The notes: a model not told the origin generated them from the sequence alone. 64,000 bases of DNA from Alphaproteobacteria bacterium (GCA_036261915.1 DATAJX010000005.1:8689-72688), one strand, 5' to 3'; positions 53,622-63,203 are shown, counted from the stretch's first letter. Numbers and translations: made by a program.

Positions 53622-54731
53622 TCAACCCCGGGTCCGGTTCCAAACCGCCTGCACAAACCCCGCCACACTCGCGGTATCGTTCAGCGGCTGGCGCTGTTTG
53701 CGCAGAGTCAGCTTGCCTTCCCACTTGGCGGCGTAGCCCAGCTTCTGCATCAGGGCAAAAAAGCGCTTGTTGAATTTGGTTTCTTTCAGGTCGCTGCCCA
53801 TGGCGGTCAGGTACACCGGCTTCCCGGCGCTGGCGCCCTCGCTCACCATGCTCACGCTGTCGGCGGTGGCCACCACGGCTTCGGCCACGGCCAGATAGGC
53901 AAAATACGGGTTGTCGCGGTGGTGCGGGTCGTCCGGGCTCCAAAAGTGGAAGGGCACGGCCTTGGCATCGCGCGGCTGGTTCTCCAAACGCTCGCGGGCA
54001 AACCTGGTCAGTTCCTCGCCGGTGCGGCGGCTGGTGCTCACCAGCAAACTGCCGCCGTTGTTGGCGGCCCAGTGCAGGGTGCTGTCCAGCAGGTGCTTCA
54101 CCTGCTTTTCGGTCATGGTGCTGCGCTTGGTGCTGCCACCGATCATCACCGCCAACCGCGGCTCGCGGCACCCCTTCAAACGGCCGCTCCAGCGGTCGGC
54201 CTCGCGCGCCAGCATGGCGGGGGTCACGCGGTTGGTGGCCCCGGCGGTCACGATCACATTCGGCCCCGGCTTCCACACCCCACCCACGTCGTGTTGGGGA
54301 AAGCTCACCACGTCGTAGTCGGCGGGCCGGGTCCACGCCGCCGGGCGCATCAGCTGAATGGTGAACAGCTGCGGCCGTTCCTTTTTCAGCCGCGCCAGAA
54401 TGCGGCTGCCGTCCCAGCCGGTGCCGATCACCACACCCACGCGGGCATCGGGCCAGTTGCTGTACTGCCAGCGCACGGGCACAAAGGTACGCCACTTGCG
54501 CAGCCAGCGCGGCTGCAGGTTCCAAATTTCAGGGTTCTTCCAGCCCATGGCCTCGGCCAGTCCCAAACTCTGGGCCAGGTTGCCGGTGCGGCCGTCAAAC
54601 AAAATGGTGCAGGGCTGGCTGGTGATGCTGCTGGTCGCCTCGCCTTCCGGCACCATCAGCACCAGCGGCTGCCGCACCGGGGTCTTCGGCGACGGTTTTT
54701 TGGCGGCGGTTTTTTTCTTTTTCTGGATCAC
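53622..54731 (-). CDS. ELM1/DUF1022-like predicted glycosyltransferase-fold protein
   Basis: K-rich N-terminus, then ...RLAVMIGGSTKRSTMTEKQVKHLLD...LLVSTSRRTGEEL. The family call is from pattern memory. Confidence 0.6.
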   Translation of the reverse strand: MIQKKKKTAAKKPSPKTPVRQPLVLMVPEGEATSSITSQPCTILFDGRTGNLAQSLGLAEAMGWKNPEIWNLQPRWLRKWRTFVPVRWQYSNWPDARVGVVIGTGWDGSRILARLKKERPQLFTIQLMRPAAWTRPADYDVVSFPQHDVGGVWKPGPNVIVTAGATNRVTPAMLAREADRWSGRLKGCREPRLAVMIGGSTKRSTMTEKQVKHLLDSTLHWAANNGGSLLVSTSRRTGEELTRFARERLENQPRDAKAVPFHFWSPDDPHHRDNPYFAYLAVAEAVVATADSVSMVSEGASAGKPVYLTAMGSDLKETKFNKRFFALMQKLGYAAKWEGKLTLRKQRQPLNDTASVAGFVQAVWNRTRG

Positions 54732-54737
54732 CGGGTT

Positions 54738-55661
54738 CTACTTCTCTCTGGTTACCGCAAATTTCACGATCCAGCGGAGCGGATCGGCCTCGTCGCCAAA
54801 ATCCTCCAGCGCCTTCAGCGCGGCATTGGCCTCGGCCAGCGCCTGCTTTTTGGCGGCGGCCAGCCCCAGCACGGTCACAAAGGTTCGCTTGCCGGCGGCG
54901 GCGTCCTTGCCCTTGGTCTTGCCGGTCACTTCGGTTTCGCCTTCTTCGTCCAGCACGTCGTTATGGATCTGGTACGCCAGCCCCAAACCACCGGCATAGG
55001 CGGCCAGCGCGCGGCGCATGTCGGGCTTGGCACGCGCCAGCGCGGCCCCGCCCATCACGCTGGCATGGATCAGGGCACCGGTCTTCAGGTTACTCAACCG
55101 CGCCAGTTCGGTTTGGCCGACCTTGGTCTTCTGCCACTCCCACACCATGTCCACCATCTGCCCGGCCACCATGCCCAGGGCCCCCATGGCGCTAGAATAT
55201 ATCTTTATTAATTCACATCTTACATCAGCATCTTCATGCGTCATTTTATCGGCCAGCAACTCAAAGGCGCTGGCCTGCAACCCGTCGCTGGCCATCAGCG
55301 CGGTGGCTTCGTCGAACTTTTTATGCGCGGTGGCCACGCCGTGGCGCAGGGCGTCGTCGTCCATGCATGGCAGGTCGTCCTGAATGAGCGAGTACACATG
55401 GATCATCTCCATGGCGGCGCTGGCGCGCGCGGCCTGCAACCCGCTGGTGCCGCCGCACAGGTGGTGCGCCGCGTGCAGCAGCGCCGGGCGCAACCGCTTG
55501 CCGCCACTGAACACGCCGTAGCGCATGCATTCCCACAAACGGTCTTCGGGCAGGCCGGTGCCGTCGCGCGGCAACACCTCGGCCAGCACGTCGTCGGTGG
55601 CCCCGGCCACCTTGGCCAGCCAGTTCTTGAATTGTTTTTGTTCTTGCTCGGTCAGTTTCAT
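54738..55661 (-). CDS. ispA: farnesyl diphosphate synthase
   Basis: FARM motif LIQDDLPCMDDDALRHG and second Asp-rich motif IHNDVLDEEG. Confidence 0.9.
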   Translation of the reverse strand: MKLTEQEQKQFKNWLAKVAGATDDVLAEVLPRDGTGLPEDRLWECMRYGVFSGGKRLRPALLHAAHHLCGGTSGLQAARASAAMEMIHVYSLIQDDLPCMDDDALRHGVATAHKKFDEATALMASDGLQASAFELLADKMTHEDADVRCELIKIYSSAMGALGMVAGQMVDMVWEWQKTKVGQTELARLSNLKTGALIHASVMGGAALARAKPDMRRALAAYAGGLGLAYQIHNDVLDEEGETEVTGKTKGKDAAAGKRTFVTVLGLAAAKKQALAEANAALKALEDFGDEADPLRWIVKFAVTREK

Positions 55662-55664
55662 GCG

Positions 55665-55880
55665 CTATTCCTCAAACGGCTCCACATCGCCCTGCGCCGA
55701 CACGATTTTCTCCACCCGCATCTCATACCCCTGCAGCAGCTTCTTGGCGGCTTCCACCAGCTTCATGCCCTCGCCGTAGGCCTGCAACCCCTCCTCCAGC
55801 GGCACGTCGCCGCTTTCCAGGCGGCGCACCATGGTTTCCAGTTGCGCCATCAGTTCCTCAAAACTTTTTTCGTTACTCAT
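55665..55880 (-). CDS. xseB: exodeoxyribonuclease VII small subunit
   Basis: Met18 of ORF 55665..55931: SFEELMAQLETMVRRLESGDVPLEEGLQAYGEGMKL. Confidence 0.88.
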   Translation of the reverse strand: MSNEKSFEELMAQLETMVRRLESGDVPLEEGLQAYGEGMKLVEAAKKLLQGYEMRVEKIVSAQGDVEPFEE

Positions 55881-56982
55881 AATTATCCTCACTTCGAATA
55901 AGTCGCTCGTAATACTCCAGCCACAGGTCAACCACCACCCCGTCGGTGAATTTCTGCCGCCACGCCATGGTGCCGCCGTTGGCTATCTGCATGCCCAGCA
56001 CCCGGCGCTCGGTCACTTCCTTAATTTCGTTGGCCAGGTCGGCCACGCTGCCGGTGGTGGCCAACCGGCCGCTCACGCCATGCTCGATCAGGTGCAGCGG
56101 GCCCTTGGTGCGGCTGGCAATCACGGGTATGCCGTGCGCCCACGCATCCAGCACCACATTGCCCAGCGGCTCGTCGCGGCTGGGCACCAGCCACACGTCG
56201 GCGGCGCTGGCCCAACCGGAAATATTGCTTTGCCACCCGGCCCAGTGCACGCGGTCGGCCACCTTCAATTGCGCGGCCTGCGCCTTCAGGGCTTTTTCTT
56301 CCGGCCCGCTGCCCACCACCACCAAATGGTAACGCGGGTCCAGCCGCTCCAGCGCCTCAATGGCCAGGTCGATGCCCTTCACCTTGTGCAACCGCGCGGC
56401 CATGAACAGCACAATACCGTTGGGGGGTATCTTCAAAAACGCGCGCATGTCGCCGCGGCTGTTCTTCCAGCTGGGCGGCGGCGCGGGCACAAAGTTGGGC
56501 AGGTAATCCACGCGGTCGCCGGGCCAGCCGTTCTCGCGGGCGTAGTGGCAAATATCGGGCGTGTTGCACACCAGGTTCTTCACCCGGCCCTTAAAGTATT
56601 TCAGGTCGTAGTACCCGCCCAAGCGCCCCACGGTGGCCATGTTCACGCGGGGCGTGCAATGGCTGGCGCGCTTCATCCACGCGGTAATGGCATGGGCCTT
56701 CCAGTCGCGGGCCACCTTGGCCACCTTGGCGCGCGTGCCCCACGGCAGCCAGCGGCTGAAGCTCGCGGTCTCGTGCCGTATGCCCGCGCGGCGCAACTCG
56801 CCCGAGATCCAGCTGCCCTGCCGCACGACCGGGTACACCAGCGCATCACCAGGGCGCTGGGCCAAAGCCACCATCAACCGCAAAAAGAACTGCTCCGCCC
56901 CCCCCGCCTCGGCACTGGCCAGCACATGCACCAGCCGCAACTGCTGGCGTTGCACGGGCTTGGGCGGCATCGGGTTAGGCAT
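55873..56982 (-). CDS. GT4-family glycosyltransferase
   Basis: LRLVHVLASAEAGGAEQFFLRL N-terminus and C-terminal ...PSRDEPLGNVVLDAWAHGIPVIAS (EX7E-like region). Confidence 0.75.
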   Translation of the reverse strand: MPNPMPPKPVQRQQLRLVHVLASAEAGGAEQFFLRLMVALAQRPGDALVYPVVRQGSWISGELRRAGIRHETASFSRWLPWGTRAKVAKVARDWKAHAITAWMKRASHCTPRVNMATVGRLGGYYDLKYFKGRVKNLVCNTPDICHYARENGWPGDRVDYLPNFVPAPPPSWKNSRGDMRAFLKIPPNGIVLFMAARLHKVKGIDLAIEALERLDPRYHLVVVGSGPEEKALKAQAAQLKVADRVHWAGWQSNISGWASAADVWLVPSRDEPLGNVVLDAWAHGIPVIASRTKGPLHLIEHGVSGRLATTGSVADLANEIKEVTERRVLGMQIANGGTMAWRQKFTDGVVVDLWLEYYERLIRSEDNYE

Positions 56983-56988
56983 GGGCGC

Positions 56989-58266
56989 CTACTTTTTGCG
57001 GGCGCCGGTGGGCACCAGCGCTCGGCGCGGCAGCAACCGCTTGCGGCGGCGGGTGGCCACGTCGGGCCCGCCCCAGGCCACGCGCCAGCCCAAAATGCTG
57101 GTGAAGGCAAAAAACGTCAGCCACCACACGTTCACAATGCTGGTGTTGGCCAAGCCGGTCACCAAAAACGCGGCCAGGCTGGAGAGCGCCGCCACGCCGT
57201 AAATGTTGTTGCGCGAAAACTGGTAGAACCGCCAGCCGATCATCCCCAGCACGGCAAAGAATATCGCGGTGCCGATCAACCCGGTCTCCAGCAGCATCTG
57301 GATCAGCCAGTTGTGGGGGTGCATGTCCACGGCGCCGTTCAAAAAGCGGTAGTTCTGCAAGCCGATGCCCAACCATATGTCGTTGCCCAAGTGGCTGATG
57401 GCCGCCTGCCACACCTCAAGCCGGCCGCTCATGGGGCCGCGGCCGCCCTCATGCAGCACGGTAATGCGCTCGGCCATGAACTGCCAGCCGTTGGCAAAAC
57501 CATAAGCCACCACCCCGGTGGCCAGCGCAGCCAGCCCGGCCAGCCATTCGCGGCCGTGCAGCACCACGCGGTGGTGGGCCGCCAGCAACCAAATGAACAG
57601 CACACCGGCCACAAACGCGCCCACCCAGCCGGCGCGGCCGCCACACAGCACCAGGGTGAAAATGGTGAACAGGATGCCGGGGAAAACCACACGCTGGGCA
57701 AACGGCTCGCCCTCGCGGCTTTTAATCATCAAGCGCGCCCATATGTACGGCAGCAGCACGCTCAACGCGGCGCTAAAACTGTTCAACCGGTACGGCGTCA
57801 GCGATTTTTTGGTGCCATGCAACGCGGCCGAAAGCCGGGCATCGCCCAGCAGCGCATCAAGGACGGCCAGGCCCATCATGGCAAAGGCGCTGATGGCCAG
57901 GGCCTTCATCAAAATCTCAACATACTGGCCGGGCATTTCGCGCAACGTGAAAAACAGCAGCCCGCTGCCAAACACCACCGCCACAATCTCCATCCACTTG
58001 TGGAAAGCCATGTCCACATTAATGCCAATGGCAGCGCTTAAAAGCGTCACCAGCAGCAGGGCCACAATGGCCAGCAGCATCCAGCTTTGCAGCATCAGCC
58101 GCACGGTCACCCGCAGGCTTTCACCCTTGGTGGCGGCCAGGCCGGTCAAAATGCCCACGGCAATAAGGGCAAACATCACGCCGCGGCCCACCATCACAAA
58201 CGGCAGGGCCATGCCCAGCGTGGTGGCGCTAAAGCGCCAGAGCAGTTGTTTGTCTTCGGCTAACAT
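56989..58266 (-). CDS. O-antigen ligase-like (Wzy_C family) polytopic membrane protein
   Basis: About 10-12 hydrophobic segments with a periplasmic-loop H...NWLIQMLLETGLIG pattern. Adjacent to the glycosyltransferase. Confidence 0.6.
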   Translation of the reverse strand: MLAEDKQLLWRFSATTLGMALPFVMVGRGVMFALIAVGILTGLAATKGESLRVTVRLMLQSWMLLAIVALLLVTLLSAAIGINVDMAFHKWMEIVAVVFGSGLLFFTLREMPGQYVEILMKALAISAFAMMGLAVLDALLGDARLSAALHGTKKSLTPYRLNSFSAALSVLLPYIWARLMIKSREGEPFAQRVVFPGILFTIFTLVLCGGRAGWVGAFVAGVLFIWLLAAHHRVVLHGREWLAGLAALATGVVAYGFANGWQFMAERITVLHEGGRGPMSGRLEVWQAAISHLGNDIWLGIGLQNYRFLNGAVDMHPHNWLIQMLLETGLIGTAIFFAVLGMIGWRFYQFSRNNIYGVAALSSLAAFLVTGLANTSIVNVWWLTFFAFTSILGWRVAWGGPDVATRRRKRLLPRRALVPTGARKK

Positions 58267-58456
58267 TTTTATTCGTCCTCTTGCATCAATGGCTGGTCAA
58301 AAATTCGTGCCGCATACTGGCATACGGGGCCCCCGCCCGCCAACCCCCTGCCGCTTGGCCAAGCAGGCAAAAGCCATCATTTAGCGGGGCGGCGGGCTTA
58401 TTTGACAGCAATGTTATACATAAGCTAGTAAACACCTGCAAAATTAAGGAATTACC

Positions 58457-59839
58457 ATGCCCGCCAAAGATATGTCCGAACTCGTCAGCCTCTGCCAGCG
58501 CCGGGGTTTCATCTTTCAAAGCGCCGATATCTACGGCGGCATGAAAGGCCTGTACGATTTCGGCCCGCTGGGCGTCGAGCTGAAGAACAACCTCAAGGCC
58601 GCCTGGTGGCGCGCCATGGTGTACGAACGCGACGACATCGAGGGCATCGATAGCGCCATCATCGGCCCGCACGTCACCTTTGCGCAAAGCGGCCACGCCG
58701 ACACGTTCAACGACCCGCTGACCGAATGCCGCAAGTGCAAAACCCGCATGCGGACAGACAAGATGAAAGACCCGACGGTGTGCGAAAACTGCGGCAGCAA
58801 AGACCTGATGCCCCCCCGCGCCTTCAACATGATGTTCAAGATGCAGTTCGGCCCCATGGAAGACAGCTCGGCCACCGTCTACCTGCGCCCCGAAACCGCC
58901 CAGCACATCTTCATGAACTTCAAGAACGTGCTCGACACCACCGGCCGCAAGCCACCGTTCGGCATCGCGCAAATGGGCAAGGCGTTCCGCAATGAGATCA
59001 TCGCCCGCAACTTCATTTTCCGCGTGCGCGAGTTCGAGCAGATGGAACTCGAATTCTTCGTCGAACCCGGAACGGATGAAAAGTGGCACGAATACTGGCT
59101 CGAGCAGCGCCTCAAGTGGTGGGAAGCCCAGGGCCTGCCGCGCGACAAGATCAAGATCAACGACGTCGCGAAGGACGACCTCGCCCACTACAGCAAGCGC
59201 ACGTTCGACCTCGAATACCTGTACCCGCACGGGCACGACGAGATCGAGGGCATCGCCAACCGCACCGATTACGACCTCGGCAACCACACCCGCCACCAGG
59301 CCGAACTGAACCTGACCGCCAAGGTGCACCCCAACACCGAAAGCACGCAAAAGCTGGCGGTGTACGATGAGGAAAAGAAAAGCTGGTTCGTCCCCTACGT
59401 CATCGAGCCCTCGGCCGGTGTCGAACGCGGCGTGCTGGCGGTGCTGAACGAAGCCTACTTCGAAGAAGAGATCGGCACCGACGAAAAGACCGGCGAAAAG
59501 CGCACCCGCACGGTGCTCAAGCTCAAGCCGCATCTGTCGCCGCTCAAGGCCGCGGTCATTCCGCTGAAAAAGAACGAGCCGCGCATCGTCGCCATGGCCG
59601 AGCAGATCAAAAACGACCTGCAAAAACTCGGCCTCGGCCGCGTGCTGCTCGAAAACACCGGCAACATCGGCAAGGCCTACCGCAAGCACGACGAAGCCGG
59701 TACGCCCATGTGCGTCACGGTCGATTTCGAAAGCCTCGACGACGCCTCGGTCACCATCCGCGACCGCGACACCATGGCGCAGGAACGCGTCAAGGTGGCC
59801 GACCTCGCCGCCAAACTCACCGCCCTCATCCGCGGTTAA
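58457..59839 (+). CDS. glyQS: glycine--tRNA ligase, single-chain dimeric (GlyQS) type
   Basis: AAGGA RBS. LCQRRGFIFQSADIYGGMKGLYDFGPLGVELKNNLK...RPETAQHIFMNF...FRNEIIARNFIFRVREFEQMELEFF. Confidence 0.9.
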   Translation: MPAKDMSELVSLCQRRGFIFQSADIYGGMKGLYDFGPLGVELKNNLKAAWWRAMVYERDDIEGIDSAIIGPHVTFAQSGHADTFNDPLTECRKCKTRMRTDKMKDPTVCENCGSKDLMPPRAFNMMFKMQFGPMEDSSATVYLRPETAQHIFMNFKNVLDTTGRKPPFGIAQMGKAFRNEIIARNFIFRVREFEQMELEFFVEPGTDEKWHEYWLEQRLKWWEAQGLPRDKIKINDVAKDDLAHYSKRTFDLEYLYPHGHDEIEGIANRTDYDLGNHTRHQAELNLTAKVHPNTESTQKLAVYDEEKKSWFVPYVIEPSAGVERGVLAVLNEAYFEEEIGTDEKTGEKRTRTVLKLKPHLSPLKAAVIPLKKNEPRIVAMAEQIKNDLQKLGLGRVLLENTGNIGKAYRKHDEAGTPMCVTVDFESLDDASVTIRDRDTMAQERVKVADLAAKLTALIRG

Positions 59840-59854
59840 AGCAGCCCGCACGGC

Positions 59855-59886
59855 AAAAGGCTCTCACTTGTGAGAGCCTTTTGTTT
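59855..59886 (+). terminator. rho-independent terminator
   Basis: aaaaggctctca-cttg-tgagagcctttt followed by gtttt. Confidence 0.85.
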
Positions 59887-60215
59887 TAGGCTAACGCAAA
59901 TGTGACATAAACCATTGAATTTAAATAATATTTTTTAGAAATAAGGCTTGCAGCGAATGCGGGGCGCCCCATTTCGGAGGGGTCACGACGTATCTCGAAA
60001 GGTTTAAAAGCGCAGTCCGCCGTGACCCGCGTTACACGACTGCCCAGAGGTGATTATCTTGCCTGTCTAACTTCGCCGGCCAGGCGGCGGGAACCGCTGC
60101 CCGAAGGGCACCCATAAAAAAGGGACCGCCGTCCCCCTGTTAGAGCAGGGAAACGGCGGCCTTCGGCGGCGAACCTGGTTTCACCCAGGTTTTCAATCTC
60201 ATGAGGATCAAACCA

Positions 60216-60368
60216 ATGAGAAAGAAATTCGCCGACACCATCGCCGGTTATTACCGCCGATGGCAAGGAAAGAGCGAAGGAGAGCGGCTTGTGCTCGCCA
60301 TCCAGTACCTGACGGTGCTGACAATGGCGACCCAGCTCCTCCGGCTGCTTTTCCAACAAATGGGTTGA
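60216..60368 (+). CDS. possible 50-aa small protein
   Basis: ATG preceded by GAGGA (an in-frame ATG also exists at 60201): MRKKFADTIAGYYRRWQGKSEGERLVLAIQYLTVLTMATQLLRLLFQQMG. Followed by hairpin ggagggggc-aaaa-gccccctcc. Competes with a 106-aa antisense ORF. Confidence 0.3.
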   Translation: MRKKFADTIAGYYRRWQGKSEGERLVLAIQYLTVLTMATQLLRLLFQQMG

Positions 60369-60559
60369 GCACATTTAAGGCTTAACCACAAAAAAGGGAC
60401 CGGAGGGGGCAAAAGCCCCCTCCTTTCATTTGCAGGCCAAGCATAAGCTTCCAGCCCTCCTTTGTCAATATATTGTATACATTTCTGGGTGTTTCATCCC
60501 AACAGATTTTTTAACACCCCCGCCGTATCCTGAAAGTCAAAAAAAAGGGAGGGAACGAC

Positions 60560-60907
60560 ATGGCCACCGAAACACCCGCGCAGCAGCGCAAGGTCAAAAA
60601 AGTGATGCACGAATTCAAACGGGGCACGCTCAAGGGCGGCAAGGGCAAGCACCCCAAGGTCAAAAGCCGCAAACAGGCCATCGCCATCGCGCTGTCCGAA
60701 GCGAAAGTGAAACCCCGCCCCGGCGACAGCCGCGCCAAGGCGGGCAAAAAAAAGACCGCCGCCAAATCCTCGCCGCGCAAAACCACGCGCATCAAAACCA
60801 CGGCCAAAAAGGCTACGCGCAAACCGGCGGCCCGCAAAACCACAACCGCCCGCCGCCGCGCCGGGGCCAAAAAGAGCACAACCAAGCGCACCACCCGCAA
60901 GCGCTAA
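60560..60907 (+). CDS. small conserved-domain protein with a histone-H1-like K/A/T-rich tail
   Basis: GGGAGG RBS. N-terminal QRKVKKVMHEFKRGTLKGGKGKHPKVKSRKQAIAIALSEA, a conserved uncharacterised family as I recall it. The tail reads KKTAAKSSPRKTTRIKTTAKKATRKPAARK. Confidence 0.7.
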   Translation: MATETPAQQRKVKKVMHEFKRGTLKGGKGKHPKVKSRKQAIAIALSEAKVKPRPGDSRAKAGKKKTAAKSSPRKTTRIKTTAKKATRKPAARKTTTARRRAGAKKSTTKRTTRKR

Positions 60908-61055
60908 AGCGCGGCACCCCCCTTTACAACCGCAGCGGCCACCCGCTAGGGTTGGTGTTACACGCCTATCGGCCCGGGTAAAAACGGGCTTCGGCCCGCC
61001 CTTTTCCCCGCGCTTCCGGCGTGTTTCCAAGTCCTCGTTTTCAGGGAGACTTCAC

Positions 61056-61499
61056 ATGTCCAAAATCAGGTTTCTTTCCATGGCTGTGGCCATCGCCACG
61101 GTCGGGCTTGCCTTCGCCATCCCGCCCCCGGCGGCGGCCAGCGGAGGCCCCAAAACCGGGCCCATAGTCGGCAAGTCCACTACCACCATCGCTCCATCGC
61201 TCGCCGCCCTCGGCGTCAAACGTCCGGTCGTCCTCGTTCTCACGGAACCCACGGCTCTCGTCGGCAATGAGCGCCTCCTGGCCCGTGGATCGAGCAAGAA
61301 TGAACCGACGGTCGTCACCGAAAACGGGTTGCTCAGGCACCCCATCTCACCACTGGCACGGGCGGCCAACCAGGCCTTCCCCGGCGAAGGCCACACGGCC
61401 AAAGCCGACGGCGGCACCGAACTGATCGACGGCGGGTTCATTCTCGCCAGTACCGACGGCGGCGTGATCACCCGGTCACCCATCGATACGAGAATCTAG
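61056..61499 (+). CDS. secreted hypothetical protein
   Basis: GGGAG RBS. Signal peptide MSKIRFLSMAVAIATVGLAFA. Confidence 0.6.
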   Translation: MSKIRFLSMAVAIATVGLAFAIPPPAAASGGPKTGPIVGKSTTTIAPSLAALGVKRPVVLVLTEPTALVGNERLLARGSSKNEPTVVTENGLLRHPISPLARAANQAFPGEGHTAKADGGTELIDGGFILASTDGGVITRSPIDTRI

Positions 61500-61550
61500 C
61501 CGCCAGGCTGGTTCCAAAACCAAATGCCCCACCGCAAGGTGGGGCATTTT

Positions 61551-62075
61551 CTATTTGAGGGCCGCGTCCATCTTCGCCAGCATCTTCGGGTGGTTCCACT
61601 CGCGCGCGCCCGCCGCCACCAGCTTCACGGTGCCCGACACATCCAGCAGATAACTCGCCGGCAGCGCCCGGCTGCCAACAGCGGGCGTGGTCACCATGCC
61701 CAGGCTGTCCCACAGCACGGTCATGCCGGGGCCCAGGTTCTCGCGCTTCAAATAGGCACGAATATCCGCCGCATCCTTGTCGGTGCTTATCGCCACAACC
61801 GCATACTTCCCGCCCTGCCCCAGCGCGGCAAGGCTGGGCAACTCCTCGGTGCACGGCGCACACCACGTGGCCCACACGTTCAGCAGCACGGGCCTGCCCT
61901 GCGCCAGAATATCCTTCAGCGCCACCGTCTTGCCGTCTAAATCCTGCACGGTCAGCGCGGCCACGTTCCTGCCCACGTATTTCTGAAGATACGCACTCGC
62001 CGCCCCGTCGGCCGCGTTCTCGCACCCGGCCAACAGCACAGCTACCAGCAAAACAAAACTACGCAACGCTGGCAC
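61551..62075 (-). CDS. TlpA/ResA-like thiol:disulfide oxidoreductase lipoprotein
   Basis: GTG start (codon 35 of ORF 61551..62177) gives a lipobox VLLAGC. Thioredoxin motif NVWATWCAPC. Confidence 0.75.
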   Translation of the reverse strand: MPALRSFVLLVAVLLAGCENAADGAASAYLQKYVGRNVAALTVQDLDGKTVALKDILAQGRPVLLNVWATWCAPCTEELPSLAALGQGGKYAVVAISTDKDAADIRAYLKRENLGPGMTVLWDSLGMVTTPAVGSRALPASYLLDVSGTVKLVAAGAREWNHPKMLAKMDAALK

Positions 62076-62649
62076 CCGCGCGCAGCAGGCTATGAACCGC
62101 CAATTTCCACTTCGCCTCCATCGCCACCTGCGGCAACGCAAAGGCATAGGCCAGCGCGGTGCCCGCCACCAGGCCAAACATCAGCTCGGTGGCCTGTTCA
62201 GGCGTCACGTCGCGGGCCAGCAGGCCCTGCACTTCCATGGGTTTTAAAATCTGGAAAAGCTGCGCCCGCACCTTGCCGTTCAGCAGCTTCAGCCGCTCGG
62301 CCATGGGTGCGGCCTCGGTGCTGCCGCCGCCCAGCAGCATGCGCGCCAAACCGGGGTGCCCGGCCACAAAGGCCATCAACTGGCTGAACACGGTTTCCAG
62401 GCGCTTCACCAGGTCGGGTTCGGTCTGGGCGGCCTTGTTGAAGGGCCCCAGCAGGTTCACTTCCATGTAGCTGGCAATGGCCTCAAAAATCTCGTCCTTG
62501 CTTTTGTAGTGGCGGTAAATGGCGCCGTCGGTCACATGAATTTCCGCGGCAATGCGCTGCACGGTGATCTTGTTGGCGGGGTTTTCCAGCAGGCGCGCAA
62601 CCGCCTGCAAAATCCGCAGTTGCCCTTCGCTTAAGTCACCCATCGCCAT
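62059..62649 (-). CDS. TetR-family transcriptional regulator
   Basis: Met34 of ORF 62059..62748 after GAAGGA. HTH ITVQRIAAEIHVTDGAIYRHYKSKDEIF. Confidence 0.85.
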   Translation of the reverse strand: MAMGDLSEGQLRILQAVARLLENPANKITVQRIAAEIHVTDGAIYRHYKSKDEIFEAIASYMEVNLLGPFNKAAQTEPDLVKRLETVFSQLMAFVAGHPGLARMLLGGGSTEAAPMAERLKLLNGKVRAQLFQILKPMEVQGLLARDVTPEQATELMFGLVAGTALAYAFALPQVAMEAKWKLAVHSLLRAGASVA

Positions 62650-62789
62650 GCTTATTATTCCTTCTGATGTAAACAAACGCTTACCATTAAAAACCCCCTG
62701 CCAGCAAGCCCCTTGTAAGCGTAATTGCAAGGGCCTATATACCAGCAACTACACCAAGCCCCATCTGCGCAACCCGGAGTTTACAGCGC

Positions 62790-63200
62790 ATGTCACAGTT
62801 TAAAATCTCAATCCTGCTTAACCGCACCAAAGAGCTTATCGAGGGCGACCAGTGGTTTTCCTCCAGGCACCAAACGCTGGAACTGGCGCAGGCCGAATCC
62901 GACGGCGACACCCACCACGTCTTCGCGGTGTTCGAAAAGATCAGCCCCATCGCAGGCCACTACTTCGCCTTTTATCTCAACGGCGCCAAGGTCAAACGCT
63001 ACGAGGTCCGCAGCGGCACGCGCGTGCTGGCCAGCGGCACCACGGTCGACGAACTCGACACCCTCACCGAAAAAGCGCGCGACCTCTCGATGCGCGACAG
63101 CGGCATCACCCTCACCGACCTGCTGCAACGCCACCCCATGGTGTTCCGCAACGGCAAGGCCCTCAATCCCGATTTCAGCCCAGCCGAAAACGCCGCCTGA
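62790..63200 (+). CDS. hypothetical protein
   Basis: GGAG RBS. 136-codon ORF followed by a terminator. Confidence 0.6.
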   Translation: MSQFKISILLNRTKELIEGDQWFSSRHQTLELAQAESDGDTHHVFAVFEKISPIAGHYFAFYLNGAKVKRYEVRSGTRVLASGTTVDELDTLTEKARDLSMRDSGITLTDLLQRHPMVFRNGKALNPDFSPAENAA

Positions 63201-63203
63201 ACC

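Noticed and set aside
55831-58041. 736-aa plus-strand ORF, the longest in the track
   Set aside because: It runs antisense across xseB, the glycosyltransferase and the O-antigen-ligase-like gene. Its extreme H/G/A/R/P/Q composition carries no motif. It is a GC-rich shadow frame.
60054-60374. 106-aa minus-strand ORF in the glyQS-downstream gap
   Set aside because: It has no RBS and a Gly/Arg/Ser/Leu-biased composition, and it overlaps the structured region. The plus-strand micro-ORF with a GAGGA RBS is slightly more plausible, but neither is well supported.
60446-60500. Palindromes CAATATATTG and TGTATACA upstream of the 60560 gene as an operator
   Set aside because: They are short AT palindromes in an AT-rich promoter region, with no second copy or known regulator to support a call.
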